The notes beneath the pieces were generated by a model, which saw only the letters and a list, made by a program, of their open reading frames with translations, did no database searches and was not told the origin of the DNA. A stretch of 64,000 nt of DNA from positions 272,676,001 to 272,740,000 of the forward strand of contig OZ024742.1 of the NCBI GenBank assembly GCA_964016885.1, written 5' to 3'. The DNA comes from Eledone cirrhosa. Taxonomy: Eukaryota. The position numbers were made by a program, and so were the translations under genes. Positions 49,966-64,000 of the stretch are shown piece after piece. Positions within the stretch are counted from its first letter, which is position 1. The number at the start of each line of letters is the position of its first letter.

Positions 49966-51449
49966 CTTTCTTCAATTGTGCGAAGAAGTTTGCCCCAGCC
50001 TAAGAATTTACTCTCTACTTAAATGCACCAAATGGCATACTTCATGTATAATTTCCGATGACAAACGCGCTATTCCTGTTAACGTAGCGGAAAACTTTGT
50101 AACTGACAGGGAGGAAATGTAAGGACGAGTTATATATGCCTTAAATTCAGTTTCTGCGTTAGATAGAAATAATCTGATTTGTTTGGCAATCGGTTTAAGA
50201 TTTGAAACTGGAGTCTATGTGAGAGAGAAGAACACATAACTGTTGATACAAAGTCTTTCTAGTACAGGGAAACTACAGTCACACCTGAGGATTACTTAAT
50301 TACATCTCATCTAGATCCGGCCTGTCACTGGGTCCTAATCATGGAAATATAGAGTGAAATACTGGTGTTGTCCAACCGTTTGTCTCTATAATATAATTGA
50401 CCTACGCTTTTTTCTTTCAAAATATCATCTGATTTCTTTTTCTAAATGTCCTGTCATGATAGAGGATTGGAGACGTGATGCGAAGCTGACTGGTTTAAAG
50501 AATAAATTGATACATATGTTGCAGGAATCTTATGCTAACTTTGGTGATGTATCTTCGGGTGACAGGGACCAAGTCCTGTGCTGTGCAGACTATTTATTCT
50601 GATCAGCCGTACTTAAGAATAGTACTGTTCACCAACACGCTGTTTTGGAAAGCTCGAAATAGTGCACTAAACAGTGCCTGGTACATCAACGATGGGTAAT
50701 TCTGTGTGGCTAACGGTGGTTCAATCAAACACGAAGAGAAAATATAAAGCATTTGCAAAAGATAATGTTAATTCAGCATTTGTAGTTGGGATATTAGAAA
50801 GCTTCTCGACCTAATCTCATTTAATCGGTGAAATTGTAGAAATGCACGCGTGACAAAACACCATCACTGTCATAATGTACACCTTATAATTTTGTCGAAA
50901 ACACATCTTGCAGGGAAAGATAAGCTGAGTGAAGTACCGTCAGGATTCTCACTTTTCTGGATAGGGAAACCAATGTGAGTACGGTGAGGTCGTGTTGTTG
51001 GCTTTGCCGTTCCAAAAGTGTCGGCACAAGCTTTAGACTGTCTTTCTAGAACTAGTGATCAAATAATGAAGTTATACATTCCGTTTGCATCCGGGAAATG
51101 AAATATGTAACAATTTTGCCACTTTAGGTTCCAGCTTTCGAAACCAATGGCAAAATAATCATGTCATTCTATGAATACATTTATTTCGCTACAATATCTA
51201 CACCGGATGAGGAAAAGCTGATATGTATTGGTGATACAGCGGGTGGTGTAAACTATGAGACATAGTATGTAGTTATTCGATTATGGCATTGATATAACGA
51301 ATACCATTATTCTGAAACTAATTATGCCTTTTTCGGAACTCAATTTAGCCATTTGCCAGATTTACTTCCATCAAAATCAAAAATACAATATTAATTGCTC
51401 ACTCCAAATATAAAAACATGGTGATATAACATTGGATTTAACAGAAAAT

Positions 51450-51858
51450 TTGATTGAAGAGAACATAAGGATTACTCAGCTTTATGCTTCTAACTCAACG
51501 TCTTTTCCTTTTTATTATTCTTGCACTTACATTTCATGCTTGTGTGATGCTTCTTATTCTGTTCGGTTTTGCACTTACATTTATAATCATTCACTAATGT
51601 TTTCTATTTTCTCTGTTCGTCTCTTGCATTGCAGCGTTTATGTATTCGCTGCTTTCACGATCATTTTGTTATCTGAGATATATTTTCTCTTAACAAATCA
51701 TATTCATATGAATAATACTTATTTCAAAGATCATATTAATGTGAACCAATTTACAAGATGTCAATAAATAAAGACTAAAACAGCGTCATCAATATGTGTT
51801 TTGTATTAGAATAAGCATATAAATAGACATAAACAAAAGTAACATTTTAGAATTTTAG
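51450..51858 (+). repeat. Unclassified AT-rich dispersed repeat (second copy 60063-60425)
   Basis: Both copies run from TTTGATTGAAGAGAACATA.GGATTACTCAGCTTT to AACATTTTAGAATTTT. Confidence 0.8.
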
Positions 51859-52661
51859 ATTTAGGTGGAAATGAATAATATATACATTATATAGAATGTA
51901 CATACATGCATACACATGCACACATATATGTACTTATTATGATAATAAAAAAAAACATAATTGTTCCATCAGTTTTACAAGATTTGTCGGGCAAATAATA
52001 CTTTGTTATCTTTCTGCTTACTTCTATTGCTCTGTGGTAGAAAAGAAGCTATCAATACTCCTCTACCTATCCATCTATCTAATAATTTCTCTAGAGACCA
52101 CCTAACATATCTGCATATTTGAATATCTCTTTATATGCCAGTGTTTATACCTGTATGACAGTCTTAGTGTCAATATATACTGAACTATTTATGTCTATTT
52201 ATATATTTTTCCGTACGAGGAATACAAGAGCAAACAAGAAATCGAAATAGCCGTTAGAAATTAGATACATAGATACATAACTAGATGAATTCATCATAAT
52301 TTAGTGGATATATATTTGATAATGATGAAAGATAATGCGGAATAATGTCTTTATAATAGATTTCAACAAATGTAAAATGACATACGGCAAGCACAGGAGA
52401 GACAAAGACAAAGGAAAAGATGAAGAAACATTGAGCATAATGACCTAGAATGGTTTAAGGAAGGAAATAAATTAATTAGTATTTACGATAAACCACGTCG
52501 GTTTTGACGGGTGGTATGTTATTCATATATATATATATATATTATATATATATATATATATATAAAGGATCGAACAACTTTCGTCAAATCGGACCAAGGA
52601 AACAATGTTTCTGTTGGTCTTTCAAGTTACTAATATTATCTATAGCTCGCAACTCCAGGTA

Positions 52662-52887
<226 letters not shown>

Positions 52888-52909
52888 CATAATATATATA
52901 ATATATATA

Positions 52910-53513
52910 TGGTGGCTGCCAACTCGTTTTCGAGTACGGCCACTACTTTATATCCATGTAGGAGAACCCCTACCGATGCGCTGAATGAGTGTGACTTTTG
53001 AGTCCAGCCAGCGACTTGATAACTCTGGTACAAACACTACACTTGTGACAATTATTGACACATAGTCCTGGGCCCATGGTACCATGTGACAAGTGCAGAG
53101 ATCTCCAGATATAAAGCAATGCCTGTGCCATGAAGCTTTTATAGTGAGCAAAGGCATTGCACAGAGCCAGTCCCACTCTCTTAACCAAGATGATATTTAC
53201 CAAAAAGTAGAACAAGTCAACATCATTGGATACCATCAGGGTTGCAGGTGTTATATCAGAGTTTTCCTTCTCCTAGAATTCTGCCTTGACAAAGGCTAAG
53301 GGGTCGTCTCTCCCGGTGATTTTGGATGGCCATTGACTCTTAAGAGCTCCTTTGCCCTTTGACAGGTTTTGTTTTTAGTCCTGCAGGATGTCCAAAGTCA
53401 CCCTCCTCACCAAGAAACCTTGGTGGGGTTGCCAGTTTAGTCGCCAACGACCCGACCATGAAACAGGTTGTACTGGGATACATGTTACCAGTAGCACCAA
53501 CTGGTGACCTGAC
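52910..53513 (-). mobile_element. Non-autonomous RTE-derived element, longer copy with structured 5' end
   Basis: Reverse complement of 29095-29508 plus ~195 bp more of 5' sequence rich in hairpins. Confidence 0.72.
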
Positions 53514-54403
53514 ATATACATACATACATACTTATATATATATCTATAATATTATGAATCTGAGCGTCGTATGTACATACTATGTATGTATGTATCCGAC
53601 ATACCTCCCTATAATTTCTTAACTTTACTCTCTCCGTCTCTCTTCCCTCTCTCTATAATATAACATTCCACCTCTCTATAATTTAACTGCTCTACTCTCT
53701 CTGTCGCTCTTCACTCTCAAATATTATAAAGCTGAGCGTCGTCTCTCTCATTTTTCACCCTTTCCACAAAGTAACTGCTATACTCTCTGTCTGTCTTCAC
53801 TCTCTATATGACAAAACTATTTTACTTTCCGGAGCGTCGTATGTATGTTTATTTCAAAAAAGTATAACCTCCTTCAAATTCGGTCACTATGACAACACTC
53901 TTTTACTTTCCAGAGCCTCGTATGTATGTTTATTTCAAAAGGATAACCTTCTTAAAATTAGGTCAACACACAAGCAGGTAATACATACATCAAAAGCAAC
54001 AAACACTCGTAGAGAGACAGATAGTGACAGAGAGAGATAAGAAAAACTACACACACACACACATCTAAAGAGAGAAAATGGAGAGATGAGAGAGAGAGAC
54101 AGGGAAAGAGAAACAGAGGGACGGGCAAGGAGGTAATACATACATCTAAAATCATTTGGATATACAGAACGAAAATACAGACACATATAATAATGTATGT
54201 AGCCCACACATGTTTTGCCAAAACCAGAAGAACAAATTATACTACATCAGCACAGTCTGAGACGATCCTGAACGTTGCCTTCAGCAGATGAGGACTCATG
54301 CAACACCTGATTTCGGCAATTGCCGGATAACATCAAAACAAAACACACGGACACACACATGCACAAACACACATACACAAACACACATACACACACAAAA
54401 ACA

Positions 54404-54520
<117 letters not shown>

Positions 54521-54642
54521 AGAGAGAGAGAGAGAGAGAGAGAGTCGGAAGGACAATGTAACGCTGGAGGGTGTGTGGTAACACAGCAGTGGAGTTTTAG
54601 GGGCAGGTATACCTAGCCGGCTCCAGCCGGACGGGTCATGTA

Positions 54643-54675
<33 letters not shown>

Positions 54676-54677
<2 letters not shown>

Positions 54678-55780
54678 AAAAAGTTTATCCTTCATCAGTG
54701 GCCTTCCAACCGTCGTAGGCATTTCGTCGCTTTAGAGGCCATATACCTCAGGTTGGTGCGAGCAACGGCTAATAAAAGTCGTTGGGACACGTAAATAAAG
54801 GGGACGCTACGGTAAACAAACGAAATGGTTTAAGCAACAGAAAGTGAGGAAGAAGAAAGAAACAAGTCCTAGATTTCTATGAATATAAATTCGGTGGAAT
54901 CCTGAACGGGAGAATAAAGACCATCAAACCTGGTTGAAATGTGAGCAAGGAAGGAATTTCGCACAGGCCGAACGGAAGGAAGAAGGGGTCTGGTCTGCGA
55001 ATTCGGTAAACATAAGTTCTGTGAAGTCGCAGACGAGAGAGAGAGAGAGAGAGAGAAAATTCATACCGGCTTGGCTAAGTAGCGCGAGAAAAGGATTACG
55101 GACAGGTCAAACGGGAAGAAAGAGAGGAGGAGAGGTAGTGACAGAGAATGGGTGAGTGAAAGGTGAGGAAGAGGCTAACAGAGAGAGAGAGAGACTGCTA
55201 GAAAGGGTAAAGATACAAAGAACGAAACACACGGGTAGCAGTGGAGGAAAAAATATATGTGTAAATATGATAATAATGGAGCTGCGGCGTTGCAAATGGG
55301 TTACATATGAAAAAGTTTGTCCTCATCAGTGGCCTTCCAACCGTCGTAGGATTTCGTCGCTCTAAAGGCCATATACCTCAGGTTGGTGCGAGCAACGGCT
55401 AAAAAAAGTCGTTGGGACACGTAAATAAAGGGGACGCTAGGGTAAAGAAACAAAATGGTTTAAGCAACATGAAAGTGATGAAGAAGAAAGAAAAAAGTCC
55501 CAGATTTCTATGAATATAAATTCGGTGGAATCGTGAACGAGAGAATAAAGACCATCAAACCTGGTTGAAATGTGAGCAAGGAAGGAATTTCGCACAGGTC
55601 TAACGGGAGGAAGAAGGGATTTACACATATATTTTTTCCTCCGCTGCTACCCGTCTGTTTCGTTCTTTGTATCTTTACCCTTTCTAGCAGTCTCTCTCTC
55701 TCTCTCTCTCTGTTAGCCTCTTCCTCACCTTTCACTCACTCATTCTCTGTCACTACCTCTCCTCCTCCCCTTTCTTCTAA
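54676..55780. repeat. Tandem plus inverted non-coding module (PLE pLTR-like)
   Basis: Direct repeat 54676-54987 and 55309-55617. Inverted repeat 55120-55264 and 55620-55770. Bounded by (TA)n. Confidence 0.8.
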
Positions 55781-55801
55781 AAGCTTTCTCTGTTAATGTA
55801 T

Positions 55802-55841
<40 letters not shown>

Positions 55842-55882
55842 CGAAACATAAGTCAATTGCATGAACTCATAATCCTTTATTT

Positions 55883-55937
55883 ACTGCTATATATATTTCG
55901 ATGATAGCCATTGAATGGCTATGACCTCATCAGCAGT
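55883..55937 (-). ncRNA. Hammerhead-like motif in a pLTR-like remnant
   Basis: Minus strand reads ACTG-CTGATGA-GGTCATAGCCAT tca ATGGCTATCATC-GAAA-TATATA-TA-G-CAGT. There is one extra G at the cleavage junction. Confidence 0.65.
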
Positions 55938-56720
55938 TAGTCAGTTCTTAGATATGCCAGCTCTGTGTTTATAGTGTTGATGGTATCAGAGCCTTGTGAC
56001 ATGAGCTTGTTAGGGATATGTTGATGTTGTCAGCAGGAATAGTCTTGATTCTCATTGGTCAGTTTGTAGATGGTAGTAGGTTGGTATTTGACCTCAAAGA
56101 GGCAGGTGGTTCTGTAGGGTTCAAACCATCAGGCAAGATGACAATAGTTCCACGTGACTGATTTTCATAAAAGGCATTCCTGGTCAGATATATTTTTAAA
56201 TAAATATAATAGTATGAAATAGATACTACAGGTCATTCTTAAATTGAGGAATGTATGTGGAGTGGTGCTACTGAAAATGATGGTTGGAGTAGAAAGTTTA
56301 CAAATAAAAAAGCTTATGTAGGTTGGCTTGCACTACACTCACACACACCTCCACAGACACATACACTCTTCTACACATACAAGATGTGGGGTGGCAATAC
56401 TTAATATAATGTTTAGAGTCCAATACTTAGATAGTTTAGAACATTTAGAAATAAAGGGTTTATGCTGGTTCACTTGTACATACACTCACACCTACCCCCT
56501 CAAACACTCACACATCTACACACACAAATCCATACAGGTGTGTATATATACATATGCATGCAAGCATGTACGACAAGTATACACACATATATATATACAT
56601 ATATATAAAATATATATATACACAGAACATGCATATATATGAAATATATACATACAAAAATATAAAAACATATATATATACATAGGTCCACACACGCACA
56701 CAAAATATATACACACTAAG

Positions 56721-56752
<32 letters not shown>

Positions 56753-57355
56753 AAAAAAAATACACACACACATATATATATAAAATGTATACATACAGAT
56801 ACGCACACATACACACATAAAATACACATATATGTACACATGATACATATATACATATATATATAAAATCAGGTTCAATAAAACATTGTTTAGATGACTC
56901 CCAACCAGTAGAGCATCCGGTGGACCATCCACCATAAGGACCGCAAACCATGGGTGGTTGTTGTCGTCCAATGGTCATCGGTATGGGGTGTAGAGGACCT
57001 ACGGGGGGGGGGGGCTTGTGGGAAGCTGTAACCGGCGTTTATCCATATAGCTTGAGGAAAGTTCCCGTCCTTAAGTGCCCGCAGGCACCGAATAAGTCGG
57101 CCCTTCTGTTTAATAGCTTGGCTCCGCAAGAATCTCGAGTGTCTCACTAAGACAGAGGTTGCAAATACCAGACTCGCCTCTGTCTGGGGGAACCTTTCTA
57201 ACCACGGACCAGAGCAGTGAGTGCGGCGTCTTTTCAAGTTTGAGCTTCCAGATCAGTTCAGAAAGGGCCGTAAATTTCCTCTTATCTATACTGTTAAAGG
57301 AATGGCGATGGTTATACCAGCGAGCTTTGAAGCTCGTCGCTGTGGATTCTATGTA

Positions 57356-57407
<52 letters not shown>

Positions 57408-57413
<6 letters not shown>

Positions 57414-58320
57414 CTGAGGATGTCTGTTTGTTTGTGTGTGAGATCGAATCCCTAGAATTCGAGGACCACCCAACCGACTGTTTTCACACTCTACACATGC
57501 AATACTCATGTTTCAGGGAGTGTTCTGAGCAAAAGACATTTCAAATGTTCTATGCCCCAGAGACCAAATTAGGCGATTTACCGATCTCGCTCTATAATTC
57601 TTAGTCTTTCTCTTTATAGATAGATACATACTTATAACGTCGCGCCCTTATAATATCTGTATGTATGTCTGGCTGTCTGCATTACGACACTTCCTTGAGG
57701 ATATGTGTGTGTGTGTGAGAGAGAGAGAGAGTTTGCATCCCTAAAACTCGAGAAGTACCCAACCGATTTTTTTCAAACTTTACATGTGTATTACTTATGT
57801 TTCTGGGAGTGTTATGCACATAAAATTCATCTTATTTTTTATCTCCTGGAGCCCGGATAAGGTGAAAAACTGCGTTGTTTAACATTTTTAGCGTTTTTTT
57901 TGAGGCGTTACGTCAGACTGATTTCCTTGAAATTGTAACTATGTATTATTCAGGCTCTTCTTCATGTCGTAAGCAAAGAAAATCCAACTTTCTTATGGCC
58001 TAGGGCCCGCATTAGGTGAAAAACTTCATTTTTTCAGCTTCTTAGGGCTTTTTAGAGGCGTTACGTCTACCCGATTTTCCCGAAATTTCAAGGCATATTA
58101 TGCACATAAAGAAAATTCATTTTCTTGATCCCCTAAGGCCCGCATTAGGTGAAAACCTGCATTTTTCCTGCTTTATCGAGGAAAATCTTAAAGATTATCC
58201 AGCCATCAGAGTATTCGGTTTATTTTATTTACATATTGTCCAGGCATGCAGTGTTTAGGTCTATTGGCGACTGGCGTTCCAAAATACATTATCCCGTGCA
58301 ACGCCGGGTACCACTGCTAG
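57408..58320 (+). mobile_element. Non-autonomous Helitron, second copy
   Basis: 3' hairpin CCCGTGCAACGCCGGG, then TACCACTG and CTAG|T. The 5' end is buried in (TA)n. Internal ~120-bp subrepeats. Confidence 0.85.
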
Positions 58321-58328
58321 TATATAAT

Positions 58329-58372
<44 letters not shown>

Positions 58373-58419
58373 CATACATGCATACATATATATATATAAA
58401 ATATATAAATGTAAAAAAT

Positions 58420-58765
58420 AAACAGGAATAACAACACAATCGTTAGAGTGTATGGAAGGGCTATATTAGGTTAACGCCTGATATAGCAGGAAGAGTGTCT
58501 TAAAGTTTAGAACGTTAATCCTTCACCAAAAGAAAGAATGAGAAATAAAATAGATTGAGCGGTCCGGCGTGTTGGAATTGGAAAAAAATGTATTTAGATA
58601 AAAATAACAGGTCCCTTCATGTTGACATCTTTTGCAAAACTGTTGGTGCTGGCGTTTTGTGTATGATTTATTTTTTTTAGAAAAGTGGATGATGGAACGC
58701 GTTTACCTGAAATGGAAAAAAAAAACGTTTTAGTAAAACAGCTATACTTGTGTAGGTGCGTAAGC

Positions 58766-58797
<32 letters not shown>

Positions 58798-59140
58798 TTA
58801 TAAGACCGAACGAAGCTAAGAAGAATTGTGTGTGTATATGTGAGTAAAAGAGTGTTTGGGCATGAAAGTACGAAGCTATGAGCAAAAGTATGTTAATATG
58901 AGGGTGTGTATGTGTGTATACAGAGCGGTGAAGGGAAAAAGTGGAGTGAGCATATATAGTCGGCAGGTATTAGTTGTAAGAGAAGATGTTAATGATCAAT
59001 AGAAAGTGATAGGAATCTAGGGTTGTGATAATGGACGGGGTATTAGAGAAATCAGGGAGGTTAGTTGAGTCCAAGAGCGTATTAGGAACCAAGACGGTGA
59101 ATCAGACTTTGTTCAATGCTGCTGAGCGAGGCCTCTATAT
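58420..59140 (-). mobile_element. PLE 3' remnant (GIY-YIG C-terminus plus UTR)
   Basis: Minus strand gives SIEQSLIHRLGS*YALGLN*, matching the E..LI..LGT..P.GLN end of PLE endonucleases. Confidence 0.5.
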
Positions 59141-59183
59141 ACATATATATATAATATATAATATATATACATACACACATACA

Positions 59184-59233
<50 letters not shown>

Positions 59234-59249
59234 TAAATATATATATATA

Positions 59250-59396
59250 TTTAACCCCGACTGCAGGGCCCAAGCCGTTTCGACGGCTATTTCTGGACAC
59301 CCGAAATAGCGGACGAAACGGCTTGAGCTCTGCCGTTGGGATTAAACATTTTCTATTATCCACTCTACTACTCTAAGTATAAAGTACTCTGGTGCA
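59250..59396. repeat. Palindromic fold-back element, copy 3 (diverged subfamily; hairpin 59250-59346)
   Basis: CAAGCCGTTTCGACGGCTA...TAGCGGACGAAACGGCTTG. The long arm matches copies 1 and 2 in opposite orientation. Confidence 0.8.
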
Positions 59397-59520
59397 TTTA
59401 TCGCTTTCGGTGTGCCCGGCCAACTGAACTCACTGGATATGCAAATTAGGGTGCTCAGACGTTAATATGCATACGGAAAGTATATACTTTCAGACGTTCA
59501 ACCATTTGGCAGGAAGGTAT

Positions 59521-59563
59521 ACGATGCTGACGATAGCTAATAAGCTTGAAACTAGTACATCGT
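59521..59563 (+). ncRNA. Minimal 43-nt type I hammerhead ribozyme
   Basis: ACGATG-CTGACGA-TAGCT aata AGCTT-GAAA-CTAG-TA|CATCGT. Stem I is a perfect 6 bp and stem III is the palindrome ACTAGT. Confidence 0.82.
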
Positions 59564-59776
59564 TCCTGTGTCAGTGTTGAACAAAAAGGTTACGTGGTTA
59601 CCTAAACACTGTACGGCGTAATACGGGCTGTTTGTTTACAAATAAACAAACCGAGCATTATAATAAATGTTCGGTATACCGATACGTGCATATATATGTG
59701 TGTGCATGTATGTATACATATACATACTACTGTACGTCTGTATACATATATGTATGTACGTATACATAAATACATA

Positions 59777-59829
<53 letters not shown>

Positions 59830-59830
59830 A

Positions 59831-59861
<31 letters not shown>

Positions 59862-60620
59862 GTGTGTGAGTGTCTATGTGTGTGTTTATGTATTTATCTT
59901 TGTATATGTATGTATGTGTGTGTGATTCTGTCGTTATGTTTATTCTTTATGAATATCATTAGTTATAGTTTTACCGCTTTTCTATTTCATTACTCTTCTC
60001 AATGTGGCTTATACAAAACCTCTGAATGAAATTAAATATATAAAGTTGAAATTCATATAAACTTTGATTGAAGAGAACATAGGGATTACTCAGCTTTTTG
60101 CTTCTCACTCAACGCCTTTTCCTTTTATTATTCTTGCACTTATATTTCATGTTTGTTTGATATTTCTTATTATGTTCAGTTCTGCACTTATGTTGCAATT
60201 TTTTTTTCTACAGCTCTCACAATCATTTTGTTATCTAACATATCTATTCTCTTAAAAGAAAAAAACATATTCATATGAATAATACTTATTTCAAAGCTTT
60301 TATTAATGTCCACCATTTTACGCGATGTCAAGAAATAAAGACAGAAACAGCGTCATCAACATGTGTTTTTGTATTGGAATAAGCATATAAATAGACAAAA
60401 GGAAAAATAACATTTTAGAATTTTTGATTCATATCTGATATTTTCCATTGCTATATGTTTTAGTTACTGAATAAAATTCTAATATATTTTCTTTTCTTTC
60501 CATTCTGATATAAATGAAGAATGAATACATGAATCCATTATCAAACGGTGCCATATTTAAAAACAGGAAATTATTGTAAAATTGTCTATTCGTCAAGAAG
60601 CTTTTAGAAGGTGAAGAAAT

Positions 60621-61505
<885 letters not shown>

Positions 61506-63447
61506 ATACATTTCCCCTTTGTATTTAGATGCTGCTAGAACAGCAACGCAGTTCTTATTTCTACATATCAGTTCATATTTCTATTTAACGTTTTTCCTTC
61601 TTTGTACAGCCGTATTCTATTCGTGTTTCAATTGTATTTGTATATGTTTCATTTTCTTAAGTATTTGCTGATTTTATTTTGCATTCGAATTTTACATGTT
61701 TTGATTTCTTTGTATTTTTCTTATTCTGCCCTTGAGTAATCCACTATTTGAGCTGTTAAAAGCCTAAAATATAACTGAATTCTCCTTCAGTAAGAATAAA
61801 AAGAAACCAAGTACAAGAACATTAACATAAGATTTCTATACTCCACAACAAAATAGCATTTGTATTTTTAACATTCAAGTTATGTGAGAAAATTGCTTTC
61901 AGAAACTATTAAATGAAAACTGTGGAAATAATAGTCCCCTTATTATTACTTTCTAACTTTATTATTTTCAGTTCAAATCCCGCTGGCTGATCGTATATTT
62001 TCCAGCTGCCAGATATGATAAAGTAAGAAAGGGAAATACACTGAGATCGATTATCTCTACTATGTCTTTCACTAGAAAGAAAACTAAATTTCCGTTGAAT
62101 AAGAAATCAATACGATGGTTAGGAATAGTTTTCGCATGACCTTCTATGGATAAGGTTGTGTTGTTGAGAGGTTCAGTTCATATACTGATTCCTAGTTCAC
62201 TCCCATATCACAATGTGCGGGACAAGTCTTTTTTTTTCTGATACCCTCATATTAACTACCACTTTTTTATTTCAACTTTGTCGAATGAAATTACATCGAT
62301 TCCAGAGGCACACACGCAAACTCACATAAACACACACATATATATATATCTATCTATAGGTGTATGTCTGTGTGTGTGTATGTACGTGCCTGTGGGCGTG
62401 TGAGTGTATGTGTGAGTATAGGAGTTTATCTTGAGTTGTATCACGTGTTTCAGAATGATTATAAATGTGCTTCAAATGTGGCCAAACCATGCAGGTACTA
62501 TGATAACACGTTATCAGCACCGTTGAAATCTTGGGAAACCTGAGAAACGTATGGTAGGTTTTCTTAATGTAAGATACCCAAATAAGCATCCAGTATCTGA
62601 TTGTTTCTTTATCAGTGTGGAAAGTTATATGGCTTGAGGCAAAGAATTCCATTATGGTTTTATAGAATTTAAAATTCTATATGTAAAGTGTGTTTCACCC
62701 TAGTTATTGATATGGTAATTACAAACAGTAGTCGTTCTAAAACAAGGCAGCTAACCGAAATATGATTTAATATTTGCTTCAAAATCTGATGCCTTTAATT
62801 TCTGGCGTACGTTGTTTATTTGTGCCCATGGTAATACCAGAATCTTCTGTGGTTTGGGGCATATTAATGCATTTCCTTTAGACTGTTCCTAAAAGTTGAT
62901 GTGCAATCAGTGTTTATCGATTCAATTGTGTCTGCTGAGCCTAGCTAACTAAAGCAAATATTTTTCGGGAAAATATCGATGCATAATTACCCTCTTTGCT
63001 ATATTTTGTATATTCAAAAGATGTTAGATCAGATGACAGGTGAAGTTTACCACCCATGGAGGCCACAGAAGAATTTGATCACATATAGCAAGTAACCAAA
63101 ATAAATGCCACGAAGCAACTGCTCCAGTGCTACACTAATTCCGTTAATTTACCACGCCAGACAGTAACTTTGTTTTATTGAGTCTCACATAGTGCCAAGC
63201 AAAGTTGATAGTTGCTGGTTTTGAAACCAGAGTGCATACGGCCGGGAGAATCTCGCAACATAATTTGTCACTGATGTTAATAAATCTACTAATATCGTAA
63301 GCTATGATGGTTTCCTACAATTTGCTATAATAGTACATAGGTATGTTCATTACCATGTCACTATACTGGATTTGGATTTAGAACACGCAATAATACGGCA
63401 TTACATCCTTTCTAAAATGTCCGTCAACGCATCAGTGCTTATGAACA

Positions 63448-63530
63448 TTTTATTTATCCACATCCAAATTATGAAAGGCAAGGGTGATCTTGGCGATATT
63501 TGAAGTTAGAACGCAGATACCCAGAATAAA
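63448..63530 (-). mobile_element. Old degenerate copy of the SINE at 1130
   Basis: Minus strand reads TTCAAATATCGCCAAGATCACCCTTGCCTTTCATAATTTGGATGTGGATAAATAAA. Confidence 0.5.
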
Positions 63531-64000
63531 ATATTGTTTAATCGTGATGTTTTCTATTACTGTATGTAGAATCTCACACTGCTTTTTTTTCCAGTCGTAT
63601 AACATTTTAACATTCCTGAAATACAGTTGAAATGTTAAGATTCTGGCCAGTCATAATTATGCTACATGGAGACATCAATTTCTTCACCTGGATAAACACG
63701 TTTTGTAAGTCAGTGACACGGAGTTTAACCCTGATGTTTTATCGAAGGTTTTGCATCCGTGAATATGCGCAGAACTTACTTTCGAGAGATATTTTCAAAC
63801 AATTAAAACAGCCAAATATTCACATTTCTTTCGTTCCACACATCTTCACTGATAATATTTTGTCCAGATACATGTAGAACACAAAATTTACCTGCTATTG
63901 TGAATCTAAAAACATGAAAGAGAACAAAAATAAAACAACAAAAACAACCCATGCTCTCATGACTCGGAAATAATTTTAAGTTTCCACTTTTGATCCTAGT

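Noticed and set aside
50354-50700. Possible host exon (MIEDWRRDAKL...)
   Set aside because: No recognisable domain, clear splice pair or neighbouring exons. It cannot be supported without RNA data.
53560-53960. Recurring GAGCGTCGT motif as a regulatory or array element
   Set aside because: Spacing is irregular within degenerate CT-rich tandem duplications, so it is likely a decayed minisatellite.
58470-58540. Hammerhead in the PLE 3' remnant (minus)
   Set aside because: Both core boxes are mutated (GTGAAGG, TAAA) and the stems are unconvincing.

Overview
Eukaryotic, repeat-saturated DNA with no recognisable host gene. The SINE families and very dense (TA)n/(CA)n/(GA)n microsatellites suggest an invertebrate, probably an octopus-like cephalopod (inference). 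Bases 1-14.9 kb are a same-strand pile-up of five decayed L1/Tx1-type LINE segments with tRNA-SINEs in their ATT tails. Bases 16-38 kb are a nest of Penelope-like elements (PLEs): a nearly intact Naiad-type RT+GIY-YIG element with long direct pseudo-LTRs, a second Naiad with inverted pLTRs, a GIY-YIG fragment, and many non-coding tandem or inverted pLTR modules. Further along are an old Gypsy LTR element (39.3-43.7 kb), two non-autonomous Helitrons, RTE and Vingi LINE remnants and an RTE-derived non-autonomous element. The most interesting signal is RNA-structural. About a dozen hammerhead ribozyme (HHR) motifs from several unrelated repeat families can be folded by eye, including a canonical GUC hammerhead in a 502-bp terminally redundant unit and a 530-bp tandem retrozyme-like unit. 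A further family has three copies that are each palindromes centred on what looks like HHR stem II, with copy-specific variants mirrored in both arms, suggesting fold-back self-priming during insertion. All RNA folds and family assignments were made by eye and from remembered motifs, not computed. Most long ORFs in the track are microsatellite artefacts.
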